Below the pieces are notes generated by a model that did not search any database, had not been told where the DNA came from, and was given only the letters and a program-made list of their open reading frames with translations. From Schmidtea polychroa (Eukaryota): a DNA stretch of 64,000 nucleotides. Of the stretch, positions 44,385 to 55,845 are shown piece by piece. The position numbers and the translations under genes are program-made. The stretch covers positions 84,754,001 through 84,818,000 of the forward strand of contig CM097886.1 of the NCBI GenBank assembly GCA_044892525.1, read 5' to 3'. Each line of letters starts with the position of its first letter. The first letter of the stretch is position 1.

Positions 44385-45640
44385 TTATATACAATCATTC
44401 ATACTACTTATATATACTACTCATTAACTTGTATTTCTGATAAAAATTTATAATTTGGGATTTTATAAATTACCCCCATAACCATCTATAATAATATTAG
44501 TGTATACATCATTCATAAAATTTATTTTACAAATTCACCCTATAATGTCCTATTTATAAATATTCGTCTTAATATTACTGAAATATACCATTTGTAAATA
44601 TACACTCCTAAGACATTATAAATTCCAATCACACCCCCATATTTTTTATAACAACTTATACACCTACATGTACATCTATACACTGATATATATACTACTT
44701 ATAAATGAAAATCATAAATTTCATTCTGATGAATCACCCCCCCCCCCTTCATATTCTCCCCTTACCTATACTACTATTTGAATGTATTATGAAAAAGGTA
44801 TAATAAAAATTTCATAAATTGGAGATCTTTGTTTATAATTCTATATATATCTATATCATATTATGTGTATATTACCTATAAATGACAATTTAAAAACAAA
44901 ACCCCTTTATGATATTCTACATTGTTAGAATACAAAAACTATAAATTTCCTAGCTATAATCTTAGTTTATGAATATTTCTCACTTATTATAAATGTCTAT
45001 ATCTCTCACTAAAATAACAGATCAAATCATTAAGAAGATTTATTCATATCACATGGCGAAATAATTTGAGTTTGGATTGAGAATGCGTGGTTTTTCGTTC
45101 ACTGCCTGCGGGGTGGTCGTCTCCACTTTGGGTGGCTTTGGGGAACTACAATGTGAATTGTAAGCACAGGTACTAAAGAAAATGGGCATTACCTTTTTGC
45201 TATTCCTCAGAAGGTCGAATACTCCTTTACTAGGTTTAGAGTTCCGATGTGAGTCGCTCGTGGGTTGGCAGCCGATGGCGTTTCCCGGCTGTGGCTTTCT
45301 TGGATTGCTGGTTCTACAATTTATAAATTGACATTATTGCTTAGTTAAAGTCTATTTTTAATTTAATTAATCAGATTGTTATATAAAATTAGTTTATAAA
45401 TCTTAAATTAATAAAATTTAAAATTGTTATATTTAAATCTCCATTTGAAACATTATAACAAACATAAATTAGAATACGTACATTAGGGAAGTTCCTTTCT
45501 TGAAGAATTATGGGGATATGATGGTGATTAGTATATTCAGTTGAAATTTTTTTTAATCCGACAAAGGTACGGAAACGCATGAGGAGAAACTGGAAAATAA
45601 TCATATTTATCTGAAAAGAAATAGAAAATATTTATTTAGA

Positions 45641-46012
45641 ATGTCGCAGTCCAGTAATCACAGCGAGGAGGACCTGTATGACGTGACGACCACACGCCTT
45701 CGCTCCAGACATATCTGGCACCACATCCACCGGTGGAGCCAGGGACGGGACCTAGATTGCACCAATCGAGTGATCCGGGAAGGCCCCGAGACAAACGCAC
45801 CAGTATGGGTAAAGACCGAGCCGGACAACAATTGGCTCGTCGAGGCCAGAGACCGTACTATGGATGCCATCGCTAGAGCCCAGTGGGAACTCCGTTTGAT
45901 CGAGGCTCAGCTCCGTGCCGTCGAAACTGGTCGGCCAATAGAAGAAGTGGACGTGGAGCCGACGCCGGCGAAGAAACGGGGTCGCCCCCGCAAGAAGGCT
46001 TTCCGAAACTGA
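45641..46012 (+). CDS. Accessory ORF A: 123-aa protein with C-terminal AT-hook
   Basis: GC-rich clean ORF ending PAKKRGRPRKK. The ATG lies one base after an acceptor-like TTTATTTAG. Confidence 0.6.
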   Translation: MSQSSNHSEEDLYDVTTTRLRSRHIWHHIHRWSQGRDLDCTNRVIREGPETNAPVWVKTEPDNNWLVEARDRTMDAIARAQWELRLIEAQLRAVETGRPIEEVDVEPTPAKKRGRPRKKAFRN

Positions 46013-46323
46013 GATCTCGGTGGTCTCGGGGACGGTCTTACATTTCATTCTTTGACTTTAGTGATTTGACATGACCCCTTTGCTTAATAAACGTATTGTT
46101 TTCTTTATTTCGTTATGTCAATCTACATGTTATCATTTTAATAAGTTATGCTAATCGAGACGTTATCATCTAGACTATCAACTCAACAGAAAATTTATGC
46201 TCACCCGTAGGACGTTAGTGTTTTATTCCACTTACATGGGCATAGTTCCTCGGATATGGGTACCCGAGCTTCGTTTCATAGGGATCGGCAATTATAAGGA
46301 GATAAAATTACGGTAAAAGTCGG

Positions 46324-46818
46324 TTGATTCTATATTTTAATTCAGTGTACAAACTGTTCGAAGGACTCCGGAAGGACAGGGAGCAGGCGCAGCAGCAGGC
46401 GGAGCGGCTGCAACTTAGCGTCAATCAGTTCAAGGAACGCTGTCGGAAGATGGAGCAGACTTGGATTCGCCCTGAGGTGGCACACAAGTACTTGAGACAG
46501 ATTGAACAACTGCAGCTCCAGAGTACCCAAGACAAAACCGAAATACGAGCCCTAAAAATACAGATGCGGGCCATGGAAACAAAATTAAATCAGCGGGCCA
46601 TCGACGAGCACGTCACGGCAGCTATCCGGCCCATGACGATAGAACTGGCCGAAATGCACCCAACCAAGCCCAAGGCCAAGCGAAAACGACTAGGCCGGGA
46701 TGGTCGTGAGCGACTCAAACGACTGAGACTAGCAGAGCAAAGATTAGAAGAAGAGGCAAGAAAGTCAGTGCTACTTGACAGTTCATGTGCAGGACCGATG
46801 GATGTAAATAAAACGTAG
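46324..46818 (+). CDS. Accessory ORF B: coiled-coil + basic (NLS-like) protein; 5' end probably spliced at 46345
   Basis: KERCRKMEQTWIRP motif and KAKRKRLGR. It is homologous by eye to 50763-50972(-) and, more weakly, to 58725-59483(+). Confidence 0.62.
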   Translation: MILYFNSVYKLFEGLRKDREQAQQQAERLQLSVNQFKERCRKMEQTWIRPEVAHKYLRQIEQLQLQSTQDKTEIRALKIQMRAMETKLNQRAIDEHVTAAIRPMTIELAEMHPTKPKAKRKRLGRDGRERLKRLRLAEQRLEEEARKSVLLDSSCAGPMDVNKT

Positions 46819-46904
46819 ATAGTTGAAGTCGAGTTCTTGTATGTTGAATGATGAAGCTGAATGATGAGATGGGCATGGCGTTTTTGGGAAAACAATAGAA
46901 GTAG

Positions 46905-47135
46905 GGGACCAATGAAATCGGACACAAATCTTCTACCGATAGTCCGTGGACCCAAAGAGTGCTTGACAATTATAGTGCAAGTAGTGCGCTCACTTTTTGC
47001 GAGTACTCACCCAGTTGACACAGTACCAACGGTGATCGCTCATCGGGTGTCAATTGGCGAAAGCAAGCTTGTATTCTGGGTTACGCTGGAAACAGCACGA
47101 AAGGGTGAAATGTCTGACCACCTGTAACCCACCAA
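46905..47135 (+). ncRNA. Conserved structured RNA motif, copy A
   Basis: Stems are 46957-46965/47000-47008, 47015-47021/47047-47053, 47030-47035/47040-47045 and 47077-47084/47124-47131. The loop AGTACCAA is at 47022-47029 and GCTG-GAAA-CAGC is at 47085-47096. Confidence 0.75.
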
Positions 47136-49576
47136 TAATTTAACATAGTTGTCGAGTCCACAACTCACTGCGATTTTGTAGGTCTATGATCTCACATGCA
47201 GAGTTAAAATGAAGTGGACTCCACTAAAGGTGCTACTGACTTCATGGTTCAGGCCACGGATGTAGTGGGTTAATTATTTCTGAAGTGGCCAACATAGTTT
47301 CGGCTGTGTTGGCTTAAATGAAATCAATAACCTGGTTCGACTTTGTAGTACCTTTTGCTGCAGCGTTGACCGCACATAACACTAAGATCTATCGTAGTGA
47401 GTTCAGTGTGGTCACGAAAATAGGAAAATTTTAATTAATGCGACCATTTTTATCTAATAATAACATATTCAAATCCATGTTAAAATTCTATCATTGTATC
47501 TCACACTAGGACTCAATAAACGGAGGAAAGCTCCAGACTTAATATAATTACAATTCCACAATTAATTAACAAACTATGTAGTCGATTAGTTCTATAATAT
47601 ATGGCAATAATCATGATAAAATTTTCTGTTATAGTTGGTAAAATCGTAGTCGGTACATTTTACTTCAAATAATTATATAGTAACTAGAGACAATGTTTAA
47701 AATTCTAACCAGATTTTTCTATTTATTGTATAGTTTTTCAGTTTGTATAACCAAAGATCATTTTAAAAATATAAATGACCCATAATATATATATTTGATT
47801 TAAAAATATAATTTATAATTTCAATAAATGACCCCCTCAAATCATATAACCGTTAATTATTATCCTAAATGCACTAATAGATTACTATTATGTATATTTG
47901 GCTTATATTTGATTAAAAAGTATAATTTATAATTTTCTTAAAGGACCACCCCCCTAAAATCACAAATTAGCCAAATATCATCTTAGATATACCAACATAA
48001 ATTACCCATGTATTCTATCTATGAGGTAGAATGTATAAACCTTCTTAAACGACCTCTCCCACATTACATGATGATCGAAGGCAATATTATCTCTGACAAT
48101 TCGAATTATGTGTCCATACGTGTATTCACATTGCAAATTTATAAACTCATAAATATCTTGAGGAGCTAGCACATGTAATTCCCAATGACGCGATCGAAAT
48201 CGATCTTTCATTCAAAGTTTGACTACCTAAAATTACAAAATTTATGAAAATCATAAATCCTCCAAATAAGAGGGAAATGTGATGAAAGGTGGGACGTAGC
48301 AAGTGACTGCACCAGCGGGGAAATATAGGGTCCAAAGTGGGAGCCAGTGAGTCGTCGTTGGTGGAGCCTCTCTTGCGACCTACAATTAAAAATATGAATA
48401 TAAATATTGTTGAGGTCCGTAAATTAAAATAAATTTAAATGAAATTTAGGTTAATAATTTAAATAAAAAGTAAGTGAAGAAAAAAGACAAATAAAAGCGG
48501 GATCATACACAGAATCGATAGTAAAAGAAAGTGTGATGGGAGCAGTATTAGAAAATACCAAAAGCAATTACGAAAGGCAAGAATCCGGAAATCCGAGAAA
48601 AATCAATAAATTGAAGAATCATCGAAATCGAATGGGGGAAAACGGGACAGGTATAGAGTAGCTAATGGTCAGCAAGATGATGGTTAGGGATTTATCAGAG
48701 AATGGTTAGGAAGGGTCGAAAAACATTCAAATGTATGAAAACAGAAAACGTTAATTAATTAATTAATTGGCTAATAGAAAACCCGAGCTAATGGGAAACC
48801 CGAGCCAATAGAGAACCCGAGAGATGAAGGAAACCTGAGCTGGGTAAACAAGAAGAAAAGTAAACAGAAGGAAGATTTGGGCCCATTAGTTTGACACAAT
48901 GATTAATTGGAAAAGAGCAAGGAGAAGATAGTGCGTGTAGAAAGGCCAGACTGGCTATTAATTATCTTGGTTCGTTGGACCATTATGGGTGACAGCCGAA
49001 GCAGATACGTGGAAGCAAATGTCAAGTGAAATATTGGCTCGGCAATAATCATTTGTCATCCCGATTTCGAGGAGTATATAAGGAAAGAGAAAATCAGAGC
49101 AAATTGGCATTTTGCCTCAGGTAGGGTAAGAAGAAACCGAGCTTAGGAAAAGGCGAAAACGAATCTAGGAGATTAGGGAAAAAGAAGAGATAGAATAAGA
49201 ATAAAAAGCGTGAAAAGTATCAAATCAAACAGAAAAAGAGGAAAACGTGGGTCAAGAGAACCTAAGAAAATAAAAGGTGAATATTATCTTTATGAAAGAA
49301 TCAACACCGAGCGGAGAATCGGTCAAACGTAGTTTTGATTATTAATTGTAAAGTGGTGAGAAAAGATTGTGAATTTGTTATTTCAATATACGTTGGGTCG
49401 TTATTGTTTTGATTTAAAGGACACGAGGAGTCAGAGGGAACCGACTTAAATTAACCAAAAACCCAACAATATTTAATAAATATTTGGAAAACTAATTACA
49501 TATAAAAACATAATTAGATGATTGAGACAACGGAAATTTTGTAAAAATTATAAACGTACTAAAGGAGTAATACCGT

Positions 49577-49806
49577 TGGTGGGTTACTGATGATTAAATA
49601 TTTATTCTTTAGTGCTGTTACCAGCGCAACCCAAAATAAAACATTGTTTTACCGCTTGATACCCGTTGAGTAATCAACTTTGGTACTGTATCAAGTGGGT
49701 GAGTACTCGCATAAAGTGAGCGCTTTATCGGCACTATAATTTTCGGGTACTCTATGGGTCCACGGACTACCGTTAGAAGACATGTGTCCGATTTACTCAG
49801 GTCCCT
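49577..49806 (-). ncRNA. Conserved structured RNA motif, copy C
   Basis: GAGUACCCG/CGAGUACUC, CUUGAUAC/GUAUCAAG, GUUGA-UUAC-UCAAC, AGUACCAA (plus strand 49680-49687) and GCUG-GUAA-CAGC. Confidence 0.75.
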
Positions 49807-50762
49807 TGCTTTAATTGTTTTCCCAAACACCCTTATACAAATTTACTGTCATCAAACGATCATAAATCACAACAACATGTACATTAATTTATTGAAATCC
49901 GTACATTCAATCACAACTAGGATGCGGAAGTTGATTTGGTGTTTTTGTTAGGTTCGACGGGTATGTATTCGAACTAACACAAAAACAGCCCGATATAGGT
50001 GAGCGGAAAAGAGATAAGGGAGTTTACCTAAATTTAACGCGATAGTCAACCCAGAAATTGGTTAACCCTTTTTCCAATAATATTCGTAACGAAACAACAC
50101 AAAAAAGATACGTGCTGACGTTACTGCTTCCCTTGTTAAAATTAGTTTTATTTAACTGAATAAATTTATATTTATATTTATATTTATTTAGATATGAACA
50201 ATAAAAACTAACTAATTTAATTTTTTCCTTATTGAAATTCCTCCCAGTAGATAGCCAAATCCACAGATGGGTTGTCGAAATGAATCCTAATAATCTTCTT
50301 CCTTTGATCTCTTCTAAATTTCTCCAAAGAATATTGGAGCTAAGTGACAATTTGACTTGATAATAAATTTCCAAGAGATTCTTAAATTCCTTTTCTTCCG
50401 ATCAATAAAATGAATACTAAAACAGAAATTCGTCCAATGAGAAATTTGTTTCCTGATCTAATTTTAATTTTTTCTGATCTGTGATCTTTTTCTCTCTAGA
50501 TTTTCTCCTCCCATCAATATAATTTTGCTGATATTTATATAATTTATTTATTATAAATCTATTAATAGTAATTATTTAATTACTATTTTTATTATAAATT
50601 TTTTAAAAAATTGCTATTTTTGTTACGAATCTATTTTTAGTAATTATTTATTACTATTTATATTTTAATTCCAATTTTAGTAATTTTTAAATACTATTTA
50701 TATTATAATTCTAATTTTAGTAATTAATTATTATTTAATTTCAAAACTTTTGATTCCGGTTC

Positions 50763-50972
50763 CTACTGAACTCCAACATTTTCTAGTCGCTCCTGTTCCG
50801 CCAACCAGGCTCTTTTCAATTTTTCATGAGTGTTTCGCCCTAATTGCTTGCGTTTCGGTTTACTCGACTGTGCACGCGGTTATTTTTCGGCTAGTTCTAT
50901 GGGCATTTGGCGGATCTGAGCTTTGGTAGTTTCATTCATGAACTTCACGTTCAATTTGACCTCAAGCGGTCC
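50763..50972 (-). pseudogene. Fragment of accessory ORF B family (absent from the ORF track)
   Basis: LEVKLNVKFMNETTKAQIRQMPIELAEK*PRAQSSKPKRKQLGRNTHEKLKRAWLAEQERLE aligns with METKLNQRAIDEHVTAAIRPMTIELAEMHPTKPKAKRKRLGRDGRERLKRLRLAEQRLE. Confidence 0.75.
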
Positions 50973-50973
50973 T

Positions 50974-51045
<72 letters not shown>
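50973..51045. repeat. (CT)n(AT)n microsatellite
   Basis: Directly visible in the sequence. Confidence 0.95.
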
Positions 51046-51049
<4 letters not shown>

Positions 51050-51179
51050 TTATATAAATATTGTATTTTAATAAATATTATATTTCTGTATGTTAATGTA
51101 TTTTTTTTAAAATAAGAGGTCGATCTTGAAACCAAAAAGTAGCTCTGGCCATGGAAAAGTTTACCGACCCATTCTATAC

Positions 51180-52430
51180 CAGGGGTCGGTAAACTTTTCT
51201 ATGGCCAGAGCTACTTTTTGGTTTCAAGATCGACCTCTTATTTAAAAAAAAATATTAACATACAGAAATATAATATTTATTAAAACAATTAATGTGATGA
51301 ATGGAATTGGTTTTCATTCAATAGTTTCTTCATATCCGGAGAATAGTTTGTAACTGCCAATCTTAAACAATTATCCAGATTTTTATTGGTAAGTTATGTT
51401 CGATATTTATACTTTATGAATTTCATATTTGAAAATACGGATTGACACAAGTACGTTGATCCAAAGAGTCAAAATATTTTTAATGCAACATCTCTTAAAA
51501 ACGAATACTCATTCGGTGTTACATGGCTCCAAAATTCCAATTGATTTTCAGAAAATTCGCAACTCAACTCTATATCATTTGGTATTGAAATTAATTCCAT
51601 TTTTAGCTGTGCTTTATCATATTGGTTATTAATAACTTCCAAGAGAGTTTCGATATTAATATTTACGAAAGGATACATAAAAAATTTCACAATTGGTTCG
51701 ATGTTGCGAAAATTTGCGAAGCGTTTTTCAAACTCTTCTAATAAACTAATAACAATTGGTCAACAACTTTCACAGAAAATGAGTTAAACTATTAATCTCT
51801 TCTTTTAAATTAGTAAAGTGTTTCAAATCATATTCTATTAGGTTGATTTCCCACATGATTAATTTTTGGTTAAAACATTGCACCGCACTTATCAAATGCA
51901 TTATATTTTTATCTTTCCATTGCAGATATGCATTTAATTCATTTAATCTCACCGTAATATCAGTAAGAAACGCTAGATCTCTAAGCCATGAATCATTGCT
52001 TAGCTCCTGATGACTTCCTTTCAAAAATAAACTTATTCGTGGTAACAATTCTCTAAAACGCTTTAAATATTTTCCCTTACTTAGCCAATGAACTTCTGTA
52101 TGTAATAACAGATCACCATATTGACAATCGAGCTCGCCGTTAAGTCCTTTAAATAAACGTCTTTGCAGTGATTTTCCTCTTAAAGAATAACTAATTTTGA
52201 CTACAAGTTTCATAACAGAATTCATGTTCAAAAATTTAGCACAAAGGGCTTGCTGATGTATTATACAGTGATAACTTATGAATTCAGGATATCTTTGATC
52301 TTTTTTTACATAATGCAATAAAAATGCAATAGGGAAAACTAAATTAGAAGTTAGTCTTTTCTCTGAGTCCGGTATGACAGTAGGCATGGTTGGTTTTGCA
52401 GGGATTTACGATGCTGGAATAGCAACGACC
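51180..52430 (-). mobile_element. 5'-truncated, decayed hAT (Charlie-like) element
   Basis: TIR CAGGGGTCGGTAAACTTTT at 51180. Fragments include YHCIIHQQALC, EVHWLSKG, DLAFLTDI and FGSTYLCQSVFS, with stops and frameshifts. Confidence 0.85.
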
Positions 52431-52767
52431 TGTTAGTAACAACATTAAAACAAAATTTTAAATATTTATTCTTTTTAATAATTGTAACAAATTAATTAAT
52501 TTGCAAAAAAAATTAATCTTTGAATTAAAAATTACTTATTTGTTTGTTAAATATTAAAATATTTTATAATTAAAAACATCTAAAGTTTTGTGAATCTTTG
52601 AAAACAATATCGGGCATTTCTTGAATTATTTTTAATGATTTTAGTTTAAGATTATAATTTCAATAGAATTCAATCAAAAAATATATATAAATTTTACTGA
52701 ACATATTCGTTTATCTGAGGCTTGTTTAAATAATACAAATTTTTATATTTTATTTGAATAAAGTTTA

Positions 52768-53729
52768 ATGTATTACGACAATCAAATTTTTAATAGTGCT
52801 CTTGAAGACTACACAAGGTAGTATATTAATTTATAAATTAGTTTTAATGCTATAAAATTTTATTAAAGAAATGAAAATATTGGTGGAGATCTGACATGTA
52901 AAATGCGAAAAACAGGAACTACAATCGTTGGTGTCCGCTTTGCAGTATGAATTATGAATTATTTATTTCTTATTGTAGTTTAGGATGGAATTGTTTTAGG
53001 TGCAGATACAAGAGCAACTGAGGGAAATATTGTCGCTGAAAAAAATTGTCAAAAGATTCATTATATTGCGGACAACATTTAGTAATATTATTATTGATTG
53101 TTTTTTATTAACTAGCTTAAATTAGTTGTTGTGGAGCTGGAACTGCCGCAGATACTGAATTTGTTACAAGGATTATTTCATCTAAAGTAGAATTACATCG
53201 TTTGCAAAATGATTCTCGAAGAAAACCTCGTGTTGCAATGGCTACACGTATGTTGAAACAATATCTTTTTCGATACCAGGGATATGTTGGAGCTGCTCTT
53301 ATTTTGGGCGGAGTTGATTTCGAAGGTCCAAAATTACTTTCTATACATCCACACGGTTCAAGTGACGCGTTGCCATATGTAACAATGGGCAGTGGCTCAT
53401 TAGCAGCAGTTAGTGAATTGGAAAGTTTGTATCGTCCGAATCTTACCAGAGAAGAGGCGATGGAGCTTGTAAGGCGGGCTATTAGGAAAGGAATTGATCA
53501 TGATATGGGATCTGGTAGTAATGTTGACTTGTGTATAATAACAAAAGATAGAACTGAAAATATAAGAACATATGAAGAAGCTCACAAAAAAGGGCAGCGT
53601 TTAAACAAGTATCACTTTTCTGCCGGGACAACACCTGTATTGAGATCTTGTGTGCGTCCAGTTGAGATGGATATTGTTTCAACGCGAATAATCCGAGATC
53701 TTCCACAGGAAGAAATGGAAATATCATGA
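52768..53729 (+). CDS. PSMB7: Proteasome subunit beta type-7 (beta2), 275 aa; exons 52768-52817, 52869-52944, 52984-53081, 53126-53729
   Basis: RKTGTTIVG (catalytic Thr), [24 protein letters not shown] and [16 protein letters not shown] introns of 51, 39 and 44 bp give an 828-nt CDS. Confidence 0.95.
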
Positions 53730-54850
53730 TTTATTAATTTGGCAAATAATTCAGTGTTTTGTTTGAATAAAATATAATAATATAATTGTTTCTCTCATTT
53801 TAGCATTATTTAATTATTAAATTAATGTTTTATTGAAATTTTGTATACAGATGCTTGCAATTGAGGTTAATTTTGATGGCCTTTTGTATTGTTTTTTATG
53901 CTGTTTGAACATTATACTAATTGATTGATTTTTCATTTGTTGTTGTGCCGATTTATTCATGCTTGCTTGTGAACTACATGCTGAAAGGAGGATTTTGTGA
54001 AACGTAGTGGCCATCGAGACATTCCATAGGGATAAGGTAATATGAAGTTCAATTCGATACATCTAACTATCAAATGAAAGTAAACCCATGCTGCATAGCT
54101 ACCAACAAAGATTGTAGAACGGGATATAGTCACTATAGTTTAGTTAAAAATGCCGAATGAACCACCTTCAAAATCATTGGCAATTAATCACAAACGATTT
54201 AGACATATCGGTAGAATGATAGGAGGATTGATTTATATGTATGGGTGCACCAAAACGTTCGCGAGAATGCCAGAGAAATCAGTCAAACCTTTCAAAAATG
54301 CACCAAGAACAGACAAGATTCGTACAACCAGTAAAGAGAGTGATAAACCGGATCAATTCCACCGCAACAATGTCTTTGGACCAATCTTCCAAAAGCCTGA
54401 TAGGTAATTATTGTGAAGTTTTAATTTTATTAGTAATAGTGTAATTATATATGTAGTAATCGTATGTTGTATATATGTGTTTATATATTTTGTGCTGATA
54501 TACGTGTTATAAAAGATTTTGTTAGAACCCAGCCGAGTCTCCTTTAAAAATGATGTTTCAGGACATCTGGGGTGTTTGTATGCCGATTGCTTTAAAACAA
54601 ATTTTATTAAACAATTCAAATAGATATTTAATTTCTTCAAAACTTTTCGACTATAAAATAGCTCTTGTCAATTTCCAAGGGTTATCTTATTGTCGAAAAG
54701 TTTTTCATTTGTATTAAGTATATTATTTGCAGCAAAAGGCTTAAATTATCATTTAATTGCTTATAATATGAATATTATAATATAATAATTAATAATATAA
54801 CAAATATTAATAGTAGAAATATTTAAACTTATTTATAAAAAGCTCATCTT

Positions 54851-55463
54851 CCAGTGGCGTAGTGAGCATAATTAACGCCCAGGCAGCATGCCATTTTCGC
54901 GCCTCCGAAAGAATGCAGAAATATCTAAAAGAATCTTTCTGTAATTGATCCTATCACACGCTCTATTTTTACACAACCATTGTTTATCAAACCATTTAAC
55001 GTGTCCAATAACTTGAGATTGAGCCATGATTGAATTGGAAATATTGGATAATTGTTCAACACTTTGGCGAATAAACATTTGAATTTAGTTGATCTTTTTA
55101 AGAGCGCGATTAAATAGAATATCATATTCATAAGTTAGCAAGTTTATCTTTTTATCGCTAATGTCATAAATGATTTCAGATAATTCACGAATATCTTTAA
55201 ATCTTTGGGGAAATTTCTTAAAAATATCTTGGAGTTCCTCTTCTGTCATTTCATGATTTACAGAGATTAAATCGTTGATTTCCAATCGTTTTGATAAACC
55301 TCCATTAATCATTTGCAACGACCTTGTTGAGCCACGATCACATGGACAAGTTTCACTGCTGGAAAGACATGTCTTCGCGCAACAGATACAAAACGCATGT
55401 CTACAACTTTCAAATATTAACGCCCAGGCAGCATGCCATCTTCGCGCCTCCGAAAGAATACAG

Positions 55464-55470
<7 letters not shown>
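54851..55470 (-). pseudogene. RING-finger gene fragment flanked by ~55-bp direct repeats of a hAT-MITE-like end
   Basis: ESCRHAFCICCAKTC....CPCDR is the second half of a RING. ORFs 55085-55660 and 54872-55078 are in frame across one stop. The repeat TTAACGCCCAGGCAGCATGCCAT.TTCGCGCCTCCGAAAGAAT occurs at ~54872 and ~55416, and CAGTGGCGTAG is at ~54852. Confidence 0.5.

Positions 55471-55548
<78 letters not shown>
55466..55548. repeat. (TA)n microsatellite
   Basis: Directly visible in the sequence. Confidence 0.97.
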
Positions 55549-55554
<6 letters not shown>

Positions 55555-55845
55555 GATATTTTTTTCCAATTTCAACACTAATTATTTTTTCCATTGAATT
55601 AACTAAAAAGAGAGCTTGAAGAATATAAATCAGTAATGTATAGATGTTTTTGATACTCACGAATTTTCGGCACTGCCTTTTTCAAGTGAATTTTAAAAAG
55701 CAAATTTTGTAACAATTAAAATAAATATTTAATTTAACATGAAATACAAAAACAAGCTAAATTAGCTTATAAAACGTTTATTCAATTATATAAGTAAGAA
55801 ACTTTAAAACATATGCTGAGCGAAACTAGTATCTGTTGGGCTAAA

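Noticed and set aside
44383-45053. Candidate LTR (TGTTATAT...ATATCACA followed by TGGCGA)
   Set aside because: The PBS-like match is only 6 nt, and no second copy or TSD was found in the window. The region resembles the C-run AT-rich repeats at 47740-48000.
46861-47127. Small homologous ORFs 46861-47127(+) and 49618-49830(-) as a protein family
   Set aside because: Differences are mostly non-synonymous, copy B has a frameshifting extra G, and the changes are explained by RNA base-pair compensation.
46905-47135. Hammerhead, HDV, twister or group II domain V identity for the RNA motif
   Set aside because: No conserved CUGAUGA/GAAA core or other catalytic consensus is shared by the four copies by eye. 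An Rfam search is still needed.
53817-54640. Possible HECT-like or other gene remnant convergent with PSMB7
   Set aside because: There is only a faint resemblance (IRFITLFTGC), multiple stops and no consistent exon model.
55085-55660. YI/IY-repeat proteins (also 55275-55619 and 55324-55554)
   Set aside because: These are translations of a (TA)n microsatellite. Only the RING-like part is retained, as a fragment.
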